A DNA stretch of 64,000 bases from Octopus bimaculoides (Eukaryota). Below the pieces are notes generated by a model. It saw only the letters and a list, made by a program, of their open reading frames with translations. It made no database searches and was not told the origin of the DNA. Below are positions 25,555-38,737 of this stretch, one piece after another. The position numbers and the translations under genes were made by a program. The DNA lies in assembly GCF_001194135.2 (NCBI RefSeq), contig NC_068984.1:17493256-17557255 (forward strand). The letters run 5' to 3'. Numbering within the stretch: position 1 is the first letter of the stretch; every line of letters starts with the position of its first letter.

Positions 25555-25850
25555 AACATCCGAGTGAGGTCATTGCCAGTGCTGCTGGACTGGCTCCTGT
25601 GCAGGTGGCATGTAAAAACACCATTTTGAGCGTGGACCTTGCCAGTACCGCCTGACTGACCCTCGTGCCGGTGGCACGTAAAAGCACCCACTATACTCTC
25701 AGAGTGGTTGGCATTACGAAGGGCATCCAGCTGTAGAAACTCTGCCAGATCAGATTGGAGCCTGGTGCAGCCATCTGGTTCGCCAGTCCCCAGTCAAATC
25801 GTCCAACCCATGCTAGCATGGAAAGCAGACGTTAAATGATGATGGTGATA
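25555..25850 (+). mobile_element. Family C element
   Basis: Colinear with 22032-22405. Confidence 0.85.
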
Positions 25851-27561
25851 TACAAAGAGAGAGAGAAATAAAAGAGAGATGTATGCAGAAGAGTTTTTAA
25901 CAAGTTTTTCACTACTACTATAATATTATGTAACACCAATATATCCACAATTTAATTCTCATAGCTTTAACCAACCATTATCTCATTTATTCTACTCGTA
26001 TGTAGTCATATGATCCACAAGAACAACTTCTGGTCACTAAAACTGCTAGAAAAAGCAGCCAAATCTCTCTAACATCACATTCAGCCATCTTCACTTGAAG
26101 CTAACCTGGGGTTAAACAACAACAGCAAATAAAATACATGTATATACATNNNNNNNNNNGTGTGTGTGTGTGTGTGTGTGTGCTTGTGTATGTATGCATA
26201 TATATGTATATATATATATATGTATGTATATATATAAACACACACACATACATACATACATACATACATACATACATACACACACATTATCTTGAAGCAA
26301 AATAGCCGGCAATGCCTATCGAGAGATTATCCTTGTTTTATCTGGTAAAAATCTATAAAATTGTACATTGAAGGGTTAATCTGTTAGAATCAAGGAATAA
26401 CAATGAATTACTAGACTCTATAACCATTTCTATATTTCAGTTCTCTTCAAGCAAATGAAATTAGATTGACTACTGAATTGGTAATAACGCCAAATGTTAC
26501 ACTAACATTCACATCAGTGATGTGTTTAAGGAAATTTATTTATTGACAAAATTACTTTCTGTTGGTTACTGATGTATCTAAACTGATTAAGTTTCTATAA
26601 TTGTGAAGAATCTCATCTCATTTTAGAGAATAAATATATCATTTCGTTAAGCTTGTCGGGATATCAGCATTGTCTCTGACATAACATTGATAATTTGTGA
26701 CATACACTGAAGAATTTATTAAAGTAGTCAAGGAATATAGTGAAATAAATTTACATTTTCTGGGTGCCACCCTATAAAGTAGTGAAATGGCAGTTATTAG
26801 TGTATTGGCTAAATTACTTTGTGATGGAATTTGGCTTGGCTCTTTGAGTTCAAATCCAATACAGGTAAATATTTCTTTTCATCCTTTTTGGGATTGTTAT
26901 ATGAAATACCAGTGAAATATTGAGATAAGCTTTTCTTTCCCTTTTCTATTTTTTTCCCTACTTCCCCCTCTACCTCATTATTTTCCTCTCTTTTTCCCTA
27001 TTTCTGTCTCTTTTGCCCTACTTCTTTCTCCCACCTTTCTCTCTATTCCTCTCTCCTTTTCTCTCTTTCCTTTCTCTCTCTTTCTCCCCCCCCCGTTTCT
27101 TTCTGTCACTCTCTCATTACTGACTGTAGTTAACAAGATGGTGTCTTGATAAAATGTGCAGGTTTGGCTGTGTGGTAAGAAGTTTGCTTTCCAACCACTT
27201 GGTTCTGGTTCAAACTCACTGCATGGCACCTTGGGCAAGTGACTTCTATTATAGCCCCTGACTGACCAAAGCCTTGTGAGTGGATTAGGTAGAGGGAATC
27301 TGAAAAAAGGCTGTTGTATATATATATATATANNNNNNNNNNNNNNNNNNNNNNNNNNNNNNNNNNNNNNNNNNNNNNNNNNNNNNNNNNNNNNNNNNNN
27401 NNNNNNNNNNNTGCTTTCCAACCACTTGGTTCTGGTTCAAACTCACTGCATGGCACCTTGGGCAAGTGGCTTCTATTATAGCCCCTGACTGACCAAAGCC
27501 TTGTGAGTGGATTAGGTAGAGGGAATCTGAAAAAAGGCTGTTGTATATATATATATATATA

Positions 27562-28792
27562 CAGGGTGCTTAAGGTATTTGAGGACATACTTTTTTTGGG
27601 TTGTTGCTGCACTTTTTGCTGACTCTGAAAATAATAATGGCAAACCCTCAGCTTACTCAAGAAATGAAAAGGCATGCTATTATTTTGGTTATAAAGGATG
27701 AACATAGCGATTTAGAAATATCTTGATTTTTAAAAGTTGCCAGATCTTTTGTCTACAAAGTTTGTAAGAAGCTAAAGACTGAAGATGGAAATGTATTACC
27801 AGTATCAAAGCATAAAAAGCATTCTAAATGCTCTGAAGCCATCAGAACGCCTGAATTTATCCAGTAAGTTTAACAGATCATTGATTGCAATCTCAGAAAG
27901 TCCATGAGGTCAATTGCAAAAGATCTGTAAGTACCAGAAGGAACAGTCAGAAATGATTGTCCACAAAGATATCAGATATATAAGACTTATATGATGAGGA
28001 AAGGTCAATTAATCCGAAAAAGCAAAAGAAAATCACTACATTAGATCTAAACGACTCTTAAACAAACAGAAGATTTGATTTGGTTTTTCTCAAATGAGAA
28101 AAACTTCAACCAAGATCAAAAGGTTAACAGAAAAAATTGGTTAAGTACAGACCCCTCTGAAGTTTCAGGTGTTATGCATACAAAATTTCCTGCAACTGTC
28201 ATGGTTTTGGGGGTTGTCAGCAATGAAGGACATGTGATGTCTCCATACTTCTTTCCACAAGGCCTTAGAATTAACTCTGCTGCCTACATTGAGGTCCTGG
28301 AAATAATTGTTAAGTCCTGGATAGACAGTGTATGCAATGGAAGGACATATGTGTTTCAGTAAAACTCTGCACTATCACACATGGTTCTAGTAACACAGGA
28401 ATGGATGGCTGAAAATTTTCTTGATTACATAAACCCTAACATTTGGCCTCCTAATTCCCCAGATCTTAATCCATTGGACTATTACACGTAAAGTGTTATT
28501 GAGAGAGAGGTCAAAGAACACGCCTATAACATCAGAGATTCTTTGAAAGCTGCCATAGTCAGAGTAATATCCAAAATTAATCAGGACCACTTGATTCAAA
28601 CATGTAGATGATTTAGATCTCATATAGAAGCAATTGTTGAAGCTGAAGGTGGCTTTATTGAATAACATTATAGAAAAGAAGGTTTATTTTTTTTCTCATA
28701 GCATTTTTTGAGAAATAAAGTTATTATCTGTTATCATGTATCTGATTTTTTTTATAAACATAAATCTGTCCTCAAATATCTTATGCTCCCTG
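27562..28792 (+). mobile_element. IS630/Tc1/mariner DNA transposon, DD37D (maT-type), inactive, full TIR-bounded copy
   Basis: 26-bp TIRs (CAGGGTGCTTAAGGTATTTGAGGACA vs revcomp CAGGGAGCATAAGATATTTGAGGACA, 23/26) flanked by TA. Translation WFFSNEKNF...VMVLGVVS...YVFQ*NSALSH-...-WPPNSPDLNPLDY gives 37 residues between the 2nd and 3rd catalytic positions; both of the first two Asp read as Asn; internal stops. Confidence 0.92.
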
Positions 28793-29989
28793 TATATATA
28801 TAATATATATTGTCCTGTTTTTGTTACCACTTTCATCCTCTGCAAAAAAACCCAAATTTTATTTAATTTGCTTTGCTAGAAGGACTGTTTTAATGAAGTC
28901 ACATCTTGTCCTTACCTTCGAAATGTGGAGTTGATGAAACAGGAGACAACTGATGAAGAGGAATGTTCTTTATGTTGCATGTCTTGTTTTTCTGTTTGTT
29001 TTTTTTTGTTGTTCGAAAAAAGTTCGTTTTCTATGTTTTTGTTTTTATGTTTTCGTTTCTCATTGTGTTTAACGTTTTATTTTTGATGTCCTGTACCCAT
29101 ATCTGCATGTATATATACATATATATGTATGTATATATGCATATATTATTTATATTATTTATATTATANNNNNNNNNNAGTGGGTAGACAAACGAAAGAA
29201 GGGTATGCAACACATTTATTGGGAGTTACATGTATAGACCAAAACAGTTTGATTCAGACTCCTTGGTACTCTGAGTTTCAAGCGTGTGACTAGTCTTCAG
29301 CCATTGTGTGTGTGTCTTTGTGTCTGTTTGTCCTCCCACCACCGCTTAACAACCAGTATTGGTATGTTTACATCCCTGTAGCTTAGTGGTTTGGCAGAAG
29401 AGACCAATAGAATAAGTACTAGGCTTCAACAAAATATGCTGGGGTCATATTAATTTAACTAAAAATTCTTCAAGGTGGTGCCCCAAAATGGCTGCAGTCT
29501 AATGACTGAAACAAGTAAAAGATAAAAAAAATAAAAGGCAGGCAATAGGTGACCATCTTTATATTCTTCCACAAAAACTCCATGACAAACATATGCTTGT
29601 CATGAAAGTCATCTGGGTTCATTCATTGACCAGATGAGGGAAGAAGAAGATGGAAAGTGTGTCTCTTTATATTACAATTCACACATGCATTTTAGTATAT
29701 CTTTTTACAATCACATACACATGTATTTGAGGGAGAGGGCTACATAATCAACAATGGTTAGCCCATATTACTTTGTAAGGGGTACAGGGCTACTTTCCTG
29801 GTTTTCTGCCATATAAATTCTTCCCTGGACAGGATGCTTATCTGCTGCAGAATTACACGTTTTACCAATTGGGTGAACTGGAACAGCAAGAATTGAAGTG
29901 TTTTGCTCAAGAACACAACACACCACTTGGTTTGGGTATCTTATGATCATGAATCCAACCCCCTAACCACTAAGCCATGTACCTCCACG

Positions 29990-30530
29990 CATAGCCAACA
30001 ATGAAATCCTAGAAAAAAGTCAACAGTCAAATCATGGAATCAACATTGATGAAACACTGACTACAATGATAAATAAAAAGGGTTACAAGGAAATACTCTT
30101 CCCAGTTGCTAAACCACTGGGAAAAGACAATGAAGATGTCATTTAGGTTGTTACAAAGACCAGCTAAAATCAATCCTCATAATGGTTGGGAAAGAGACAA
30201 AATGTGAGAAACTGAAGCCTGCTGGTGTCACTTCATCACCACTAGAGGTGACCCTTTTTTAAGTCAAAAGTAAAAGAAGAAAAGTTGAAGAAAAACATAA
30301 GGAATGCAAGATGTAACCAGGGCAATGACAACAGCAACAACAACTGCCCCTTTCCCCATCTCTCCCTTGCCATCTTTGTTCCTGCCTATTTCATGCAAGG
30401 ATTGGCTTTCTCAGTCATCCACGCTATCAACATGAAGAACAACTCAATCATGAGGAAATTGAAATTCTTGGACATGAGAAACAGCAGCTGCCAACACACA
30501 TATCTCCCAATATATTACCTCTTTGAATAT
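29990..30530 (+). mobile_element. RTE-clade LINE 3' end with C-terminal Cys/His motif (degraded)
   Basis: Frameshifted NNEILEKSQ..., GKRQ*RCHLGCYKDQLKSIL, LPCHLCSCLFHARIGFLSHPRYQH, resembling the RTE C-terminus (C..C...F..RIGL.SH). Confidence 0.65.
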
Positions 30531-31407
30531 GCTTACAATACACACATGCACATATTCATTGTAACTGCTAAAGCAGACATGAATCATCATCATCATCATC
30601 ATTTAACGTCTGCTGTTCCTACTGGTATGGGTTGGACGGTTTGACTGGGCTGGTACGCTGGAAGGTTGTGCCAGTCTCCAGTCTCATTTGGCATGGTTTT
30701 CTACAGCTGGATGCCCTTTCTAACACCAACCACTCTGAGAATGTAATGGGTGCTTTTACATGACACTGGCACGGGTGCCATTTGCAGGACACCAGTATCT
30801 GCCACAACTGTGATTTTGCTCGGCTTGATGGGTCTTCTTCTCAAGCATGACATAATGTCAAAGGTTTTGGTCATTGCCTCTGTGAGGCCCAATACTTGAA
30901 AAGAACTCAGCCACTTTGCCTCCCAAGGCCCACCGCTCAAAAGGAACTCTGTCACTGTGCCTCCATGAGGCTCAACACTCGAAAGGAACTCGTATATGCA
31001 TAAATAAAAATATACCAAACAATGAAATGCATACAAATTTGTTTTTCCTGAATGGTTGGCATTAGGAATGGTTGGCATTAGGAAGGGCATCTAGCTGTAG
31101 AAACCATGCCAAATCAGACTGGAGTCTGGTACAGCCTTCCAGCTTGCCAGCCCTGGTCAAACCATCCAACCCATGCCAGCATGGACAACGGATGCTAAAT
31201 GATGATGATGATGATGATGATGATGACGATGTACAATAGGCTTCTTTGAGTTTCTATCTACCAAATCGACTCACAAGGCTTTGGTCAGCATGGGGCTATA
31301 ACAGAAGAAACTTACCCAAAGTGATGCAATGTGGAACTGAACCCCAAAACCACATGGTTGGGAAGCAAACTACTTACCAAGCAGCCAAACTATATGAAAC
31401 TTCAATC

Positions 31408-31840
31408 ATCTTTTCTACTCTAGGCACAAGGCCTGAAATTTTTGGGGAGGGGCCCAGTCGCTTAGATCAATCCCAGTATGCAACTGGTACTTAATTTATC
31501 GATCCCAAAAAGATGAAAGGTAAAGTCGACCTTGGTGGAATTTGAACTCAGAACATAAAGACAGACGATATACTGCTAAGCATTATCACCCGATGTGCAA
31601 ACTTTTCTTATTTCTTTATTGCCCACAAGGGGCTACACACAGAGGGGACAAACAAGGACAGACAAAGGGGTTAAGTCGATTATATTAACCACAGTGCGTA
31701 ACTGGTACTTATTTAATCGACCCCAAAAAGATGAAAGGCAAAGTCAACCTCGGTGGAATTTGAACTCAGAACATAAGAGCAGACAAAATACCGCTAAGCA
31801 TTTCACCTGGCTTGCTAACATTTCTGCCAGCTTGCTGCTC
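31408..31840 (-). mobile_element. Dimeric SINE family B (two monomers with different tails)
   Basis: Minus strand: monomer 1 ends cccctttgtctgtcc...gcaataaagaaata, monomer 2 ends ggccttgtgcctagagtagaaaa. Confidence 0.88.
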
Positions 31841-32225
31841 TATATGAAACATCAATAATGGATGCATAATGAATCGATGGTGTCAGCCAGAGAGGAATGA
31901 GTTAAATACAATTTGTTATGATTTACAAAATTAACGAAGAATAATGGCTAATTGTGAGTGATTTGAGAAAGTGTCTGAGCATCAGTTGACACATGTAAGA
32001 ATGATAACTTAGTCAACATAGACATAACCTGAGGATAGTTGATTACATGATGCATGAAATATGTCATGAACTTGCAATGAAAGGTTTCTGTAAGATAAGT
32101 AGAACACATAAAAATTAACAAGTGGCTATTTCAAAATTTAATACTGGATATTAGAGATGAGATGACAGCATTAACCTAAGAAGTTGTATTGTAGACATGT
32201 GTCTAGACTTCATTCTCATCATCAT

Positions 32226-32662
32226 TAAGGTGGCTAGCTGGCAGAAACGTTAGCACACCGGGTGAAATGCTTAGCGGTATTTTGTCTGCCGTTACGTTCT
32301 GAGTTCAAATTCTGCTGAGGTCGACTTTGCCTGTCATCCTTTCGGGGGTCGATAAAATAAGTACCAGTTACGCACTGGGATCGATTTAATCGACTTAATC
32401 CCTTTGTCTGTCCTTGTTTGTCCCCTCTATGTTTAGCCCCTTGTGAGCAATAAAGAAATAAGAAACATTAGCATGCCGGGTGGAATGCTTAGCTGTATTT
32501 CGTCTGTCTTTACATTCTGAGTTCAAATTCTGCCGAGGTTAACTTTGCCTTTCATCCTTTCGTGGTCGATAAACTAAGTACCAGTTGCATAATGGAGTTG
32601 ATCTAATCGACTGGCCTCCTCCCTCCAAAATTTCGGGCCTTGTGCCTAGAAAAGAAAAGATT
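32226..32662 (+). mobile_element. Dimeric SINE family B
   Basis: Same two-monomer organisation and junction as 31408-31840. Confidence 0.9.
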
Positions 32663-32931
32663 CTCATTGTCATCACTGTTGTTGTAACGTCCATTTTCCA
32701 TGCATGCATGGGTCAGATGGAGTTTATTGAGACAGATTTTCTATAGCTGGATGCCCTTCCTGTTACCAACACTTAGCTGTTTCCAGGCAAGGTAATATTT
32801 CTCCCTAACCAGGGATGCTTTTTCAGACTTTTGAAAATGAAGGACATTAATTTATAACAATCACATGATATCAGGACTACACACCTCACACACTACAAGC
32901 ACACACACACACACACACACACACACGAAAT

Positions 32932-33275
32932 AAGGTGCATGGTTCAGTGTTTAGAGCATTAGGTTCACAATCACGAGGTAGTGTGTTCAGTTCTTGGACT
33001 GGGCTGTGTGGTTTTGCTCTTGAGCAAGACACTCTATTTTATGTTGCTCCTGTCCACTCAGTTGCAGAAATGAGTTGCGATGTCATTACTGCCAAGCTGT
33101 ATCGGTCTTTGCCTTTCCCTTGGATAACACTGGTGGCGTGGAGAGGGGAGGTTGGTATGCATGGGTGACAGCTAGTCTTCCATAAACAACCTTGCCCAGA
33201 CTTGTACCTCAGAGGGTAACTTTCTAGATGCAATCCCATGGTCCTTCATGACCGAAGGATGTCTTTACTTACTTT
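32932..33275 (+). mobile_element. SINE family D
   Basis: Colinear with 16322-16667. Confidence 0.85.
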
Positions 33276-33307
<32 letters not shown>

Positions 33308-34626
33308 TACAATGGTATTCTTTGAGTTTCAATCTATAAGATCCACTCATGAGGTTTTGATAGGCCTGAACTTAAAACCATGTGGTTGGGAAACAAACTT
33401 CTTAAATGCGCAGCCATATCTGAGGAACAATCAACACCTAAACGAGTATTAATTCTAAGTGTTTCTTTCAAATTTCATTTCCCTTAACTTCTGTTCAAAG
33501 ACTGGAGAAACCACAATCTAAGAGCCACTTATTTTTTTGGGGTACTATTTTCAGCCTGTTCTCTATTTGACTACTAATCCATAATCTGCCATAATAATTT
33601 GTCACTCTAATAATAGTATACTGGCCAAGAAAGATAATTAATAACTTATAGATTGTATGCAAATGCCAAAAAAAAAAAAAAAAAAATGCAATTATGCTTT
33701 TAATTAATTTATATAGTACATTTTATTTTATATGATAAATATTTTAGCATGTGACCTCCCAGGATCTTGATTAAATGAATTAAAATCTTTTGATGTTAAA
33801 AAAAAGAGGTTCCTGGAGGTTTCTAACCTCTGCTTTAATCAATTGGAAAAAATCTTTTGAAGAAAATTCCTCTGCAGTTTCATGAAAGTTCATAGGTAGT
33901 CTACAATGCCCTGGGACAAACATCCATCTCACAGAATTTTAGAGACTATTTCTTGCTTATTCTTAGATCAAACTTTGACCTTTCCTTTAAAGAAACGTGA
34001 ATACATTTAATGGAATTTAATGNNNNNNNNNNNNNNNNNNNNNNNNNNNNNNNNNNNNNNNNNNNNNNNNNNNNNNNNNNNNNNNNNNNNNNNNNNNNNN
34101 NNNNNNNNNNNNNNNNNNNNNNNNNNNNNNNNNNNNNNNNNNNNNNNNNNNNNNNNNNNNNNNNNNNNNNNNNNNNNNNNNNNNNNNNNNNNNNNNNNNN
34201 NNNNNNNNNNNNNNNNNNNNNNNNNNNNNNNNNNNNNNNNNNNNNNNNNNNNNNNNNNNNNNNNNNNNNNNNNNNNNNNNNNNNNNNNNNNNNNNNNNNN
34301 NNNNNNNNNNNNNNNNNNNNNNNNNNNNNNNNNNNNNNNNNNNNNNNNNNNNNNNNNNNNNNNNNNNNNNNNNNNNNNNNNNNNNNNNNNNNNNNNNNNN
34401 NNNNNNNNNNNNNNNNNNNNNNNNNNNNNNNNNNNNAGCAATGAGAAAATGGAGGAGAATATGCGGTATTCATCGACTTGCAGACAAAATCTTCCGTTGA
34501 TTAATTTGTTTATTTTATAACTAAATTGACAAAAACCCCAATATACAGATACTTATGACATACCATGTCATATTAACAATTAAGGTTACAAATATAAAGG
34601 ACATTTAGCAATTGGCGAAGGAGCAG

Positions 34627-34761
34627 AAACTTACAGCTGTTTCGGCCTAGCGTTGGCATGTCCCATTCTATCTCTATAGCTCCTGTTCGCTGGAGTAATC
34701 AGTAGATGAAAATGATGTAATGGGGGTATATGCATGATTCGCTAGGCCTCTTCAGAGATTT
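34627..34761 (-). ncRNA. Type I hammerhead ribozyme with very long stem II
   Basis: Minus strand AAATCT-CTGAAGA-GGCCTAGCG-(87 nt)-CGCTAGGCC-GAA-ACAGCTGT-A-AGTTT: perfect core, perfect 9-bp stem II base, palindromic stem III, GUA triplet. Confidence 0.8.
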
Positions 34762-36204
34762 ACAAAATTCACTACAAATATAAAATAAAAAAGTAAAAAT
34801 ATAAAAAATGAAAATATAAGAATATAAGGCACATAAAAAAGCTTACAAACAGTATATAAAACCATATAAATAGTTATAAACATTCCAGTATACATGCCTA
34901 TGCCTGTATACATAACCATACGTAGATATCTATGGATACAAAAGCATAGATAGATGAGTACATATGTGTGTCCAGATGCACATATACAGATGGCTGTACA
35001 TGCACATGTATAAGATTATAAAGTCTGTAGATGAGATATTGTCACATCAAAGTAGATATGTGATGTAAAATATAAAACTTATTGATTTTAATAGTTTTCA
35101 CACTGATAAGGCAACCAACTGACAGAATCATTAAGTATTTTGGACAAAATACTTAGAGGCATTTTTTCTGGCTCATTATGTTCTGAGCTCAAATACCATT
35201 AAGGTCAACTTTGTCATTAACCCTTTCAGAGTCGATAAAATAAAGTACCAGGGAAGAACTGGGGTCAATGTAATCAACTCTTCCCACCGCATTTGCTAAT
35301 CTTGCACTAAAATACAAAACAATATTTTTCACCCCGATCTTTACTTATTTCTTTATACTACAATGAATTTATTGACAAAATATTTTGATGCATAACGTAT
35401 CTTTAACATTTTTTGGTCATATTCCTCTGCATGGACCATTATATTGTTTGCAAGTTATTGAAATTCTATTTGCAGAAATGCCATTTTTTTTCTCTTGGGA
35501 ACAAACATGAAAAAATTCCATCTTTAGAACAAATATTCAAAAAAAAAAAGAAAAGACTATTCTGTCAACGTTGTTTCATGAACAAAGTGTAAAGGTTATA
35601 AGTTTTTAAATGAGTGGGATGCAAAATACAGTTGTGTGCGTATTCAGGTGGAATATGCACTCATCCACATCGGCAAGCAAAAATGTAAAAAACGCAAAAA
35701 AGAAAGAAAAATAAAAGAAGAAAGAAAGATGGCAGATGTTCTCTAAGAACAGGAAGTTAAACATGAAATTGATTAATTTTTCTCTTAAGAATTATATGAC
35801 TACTACTTGAAGTATTCCAGTGCAAGTGGAAGTCCGTCAGTTACTCGTAGTTGCTAATGGTGACCAAGCCACAAATATAAACTACTGCATATTAATTGAT
35901 TAATGCATACATGCAAAAAAACAAAACAAAACAAAAAACACATCCATACAAAAATAAATATAATTTTAAATGAAACCATCCTAGTTAAGTAACAGAGTAC
36001 TTTGCTATAAATTTACCTTTAATGATTCACTAGAAACTAAATTATCCATAAAAATATTCTCTTGTGTATCCTGACTGATTGGAAATAATTATGTAAAAGC
36101 AAATCATGACTCAAAATTACTTTTGTATCTCAGACACTGATATAATAATTACTGTTGTTGTTATTATTACCAAACGAATGACGGTGAACTGGCAGAATCA
36201 TTAG

Positions 36205-36372
36205 TATGCGTAGGAGTGGCTGTGTGGTAAGTAGCTTGCTTACCAACCACATGGTTCCGGGTTCAGTCCCACTGTGTGGCACCTTGGGCAAGAGTCTTCT
36301 ACTATAGCCTCGGGCCGACCAAAGCCTTGTGAGTGGATTTGGTAGATGGAAACTGAAAAAAGCCTGTCGTAT
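36205..36372 (+). mobile_element. SINE family A, 5' half
   Basis: Head through gaaaaaagcctgtcgtatata, then abuts the LINE. Confidence 0.85.
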
Positions 36373-38714
36373 ATATGCCAGATTTGTTTGGCGACCTCTT
36401 ATTTCTTTATTGCCGACAAGGGGCTAAACATAGAGAGGACAAACAAGGACAGACAAAAAGATTAAGTCGATTACATCGACCCCAGTGCGAAACTAGTACT
36501 TAATTTATCGACCCCGAAAGGATGAAAGGCAAAGTCGACCTCGGCGGAATTTGAACTCAGAACGTAACGGCAGACGAAATAGCGCTAAGCATTTCGCCCG
36601 GTGTGCTAACGTTTCTGCCAGTGACCTCTTGGCAGATGTCTACCACAAGTGAGAACAGAACAGAAGAATTCCTAGTGCTGTTAGCAGAGGTGTGGTGACA
36701 CTGCTGAAGAAGGACACCAACAATAGGGATGTACTAGAGAATTTTGGGCCCATAACTCTGCTAAAAACAGAGTTTAAGATTTTGGCCAATGTGTTAGTGA
36801 AAAGGCTTGTCAGTAGCCTGGTTAAAAAAGCGCACATGTGCTCAATCCTGAGCAGGTCTATCCACGAGAACCTCTACTTTATGCAATACATCATAGAGGA
36901 GGCTGGGACCAAAAGCTGGCTTCAGGGGTGCTCTGGTCAATTTGGATCAATCAAAAGCATTCAATAGGGTTGACCATCGTTACTTGGAAGCCATCCTGAA
37001 AGCAGGTGATTTTGGACCCATTCTCAGAGGCTGGATTGCTGCAATACCCAGTGGCACCTGTTCAATGATCAAAGTAAATGGCCATCTATTGGAGCCATTT
37101 GGCATCGATTTCTCAGTCCATCAGAGCTTCCCAGTGTCACCTCTTCTTATGTATTGACACTCAAGCCACTGCTGTGGAAGTTGGAACAACTAAGGAGCAA
37201 CCCTTTTGAACTGGGACAAGGAAGGGCAGTGTCAGCATACATGGATGACGTCACCATCATTGTGTGGGACACCTCCGAAGTGGAGATGGCACCATCCAAA
37301 AGAAAGAATATAAGTTGGTTGCAGGGGTTAAAATCAATGCTGACAAATCGGTGGGTTTGTGGTTGGGCTCCTGGAGAGCCAGGATGATGCCATCATATGC
37401 TGGACCAACAGACCAGTTAAACTGCCTGAGTCTGGTTTGGTCCCAAATTCCAGGTTGATAAGAACTGGGATGAGGTTGCGAACAGGGTGGCCAGTCTTAT
37501 CCAGAAATAGGCTGAGAGAAAGCTGTCCCTGAAAGCTCAGGTAGAGGTGGTGAATGCTTATCTATTATCATTTATCACTTTGCCATTGTGCATTCTCCCG
37601 GTTACTGCTTGACCAGCCTGGAGTGTCTCTTATTTAAATTCTTGTGGAAAGGATGCGTTCCTATGGTCAGGCAGTCAGCCTGTTGCCAGCATCCTCTGAG
37701 TGGCAGATTAGGTATGGTGTGGCTCCTAATGCACAGACTTACTCTTAGGTTATGTCACCTGCAATGATTTCTGGATGCTGAGCATGTGTGCGCTCCGGTT
37801 GTGAGGCTTATCTCTCCACAGCTCATCTCTGTGATGGAGATGCAATTCTGGGTGAAGAAAAGACTGAGACTGGGCACCTGGCACCTTGAATGCTGTCAGG
37901 TGCTCACAGCCCTCTACCAGTTGGGCAATGGGGTTGGTGGATGTTCTGCATTAGAAATTTATAGAGGATTAGTGGTGGGGAAGTGTGACAACGTTCACGG
38001 AGAGATTTTGGATGCCAATGAGGACAAAGTGGTTAATCTGTTGTCAGATGGATTTGTCTGATGTGCATGCAGAGTGACGAAACCATTCTGCATGCCCTCG
38101 TTCAGTGTCTGGGCATTGCTGACTTGTTGGGTTATGTCAGCTGCTGTCACATGTGGGACAGATCCATCTGTCAGCTGAGTCTATACTGATAATCACCGCC
38201 GCACCTTCCTTCAATTGGGAAGGCAAAGTAGTTTTCCTTTGCTTGGTGGCTGTGGCAAAAGAGGCATGAGGACAGATACTTTCCTCTTTGGTAGAGCTTT
38301 CATTGACTTCTTCAAGTTTCACTTGAAAAGGAAATTGAGAGTGGAGAGGGAAGTGCTGTCCTCAAGTGAGTTTATTGAAAGGTGAGTGAAAGTTGCAAAA
38401 ATGGCAAGAGTGGATGGTACCTCTTTCAGTGTAGACCTGTATGTTGGAGAGAAGGAATTGGAGAGGGCACTTGGTCTTGGAGTTTCAGGGAAATCTTGAA
38501 CAGTAGGGTTCCTTGATTATCACTAGAAGCCTTCCTGTATCAGGAGTGCCACATCTCTATCATCCTTCTCACCAATTGTCCCTTCTTCTTCAGTGTATTC
38601 TGTACATACTTAATTTCTTTTTATTATCATTTCATTATATGTAAACCCCAACACTTTATGTCTGTCTTTGTATTGTCCCCCTCATCCTTTGCCCTTGTGG
38701 CAAATAAATGAAAT
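36373..38714 (+). mobile_element. Tx1/L1-clade LINE, 5'-truncated and degraded ORF2 plus 3' UTR
   Basis: YMPDLFGDL/LADVY..RGVVTLLKK..GPITLL..FKILA; LDQSKAFNRVDH.YL; SVHQSFPVSPLL; VSAYMDDV (YADD-like); C-terminal CLMCMQSDETILHALVQC knuckle; ends gcaaataaatgaaat then (CAT)n. Confidence 0.9.
36401..36620 (-). mobile_element. SINE family B monomer inserted in the Tx1 LINE with 10-bp TSD
   Basis: GCGACCTCTT (36391-36400) and GTGACCTCTT (36621-36630); the LINE reading is continuous across the removed insertion. Confidence 0.88.
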
Positions 38715-38737
38715 CATCGTCATCATCATCATCATCA

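Noticed and set aside
27185-27561. Near-identical ~150-bp direct duplication of a SINE head on both sides of an N gap
   Set aside because: One mismatch, and both copies end in (TA)n at a gap; most likely an unmerged contig or haplotype overlap rather than biology.
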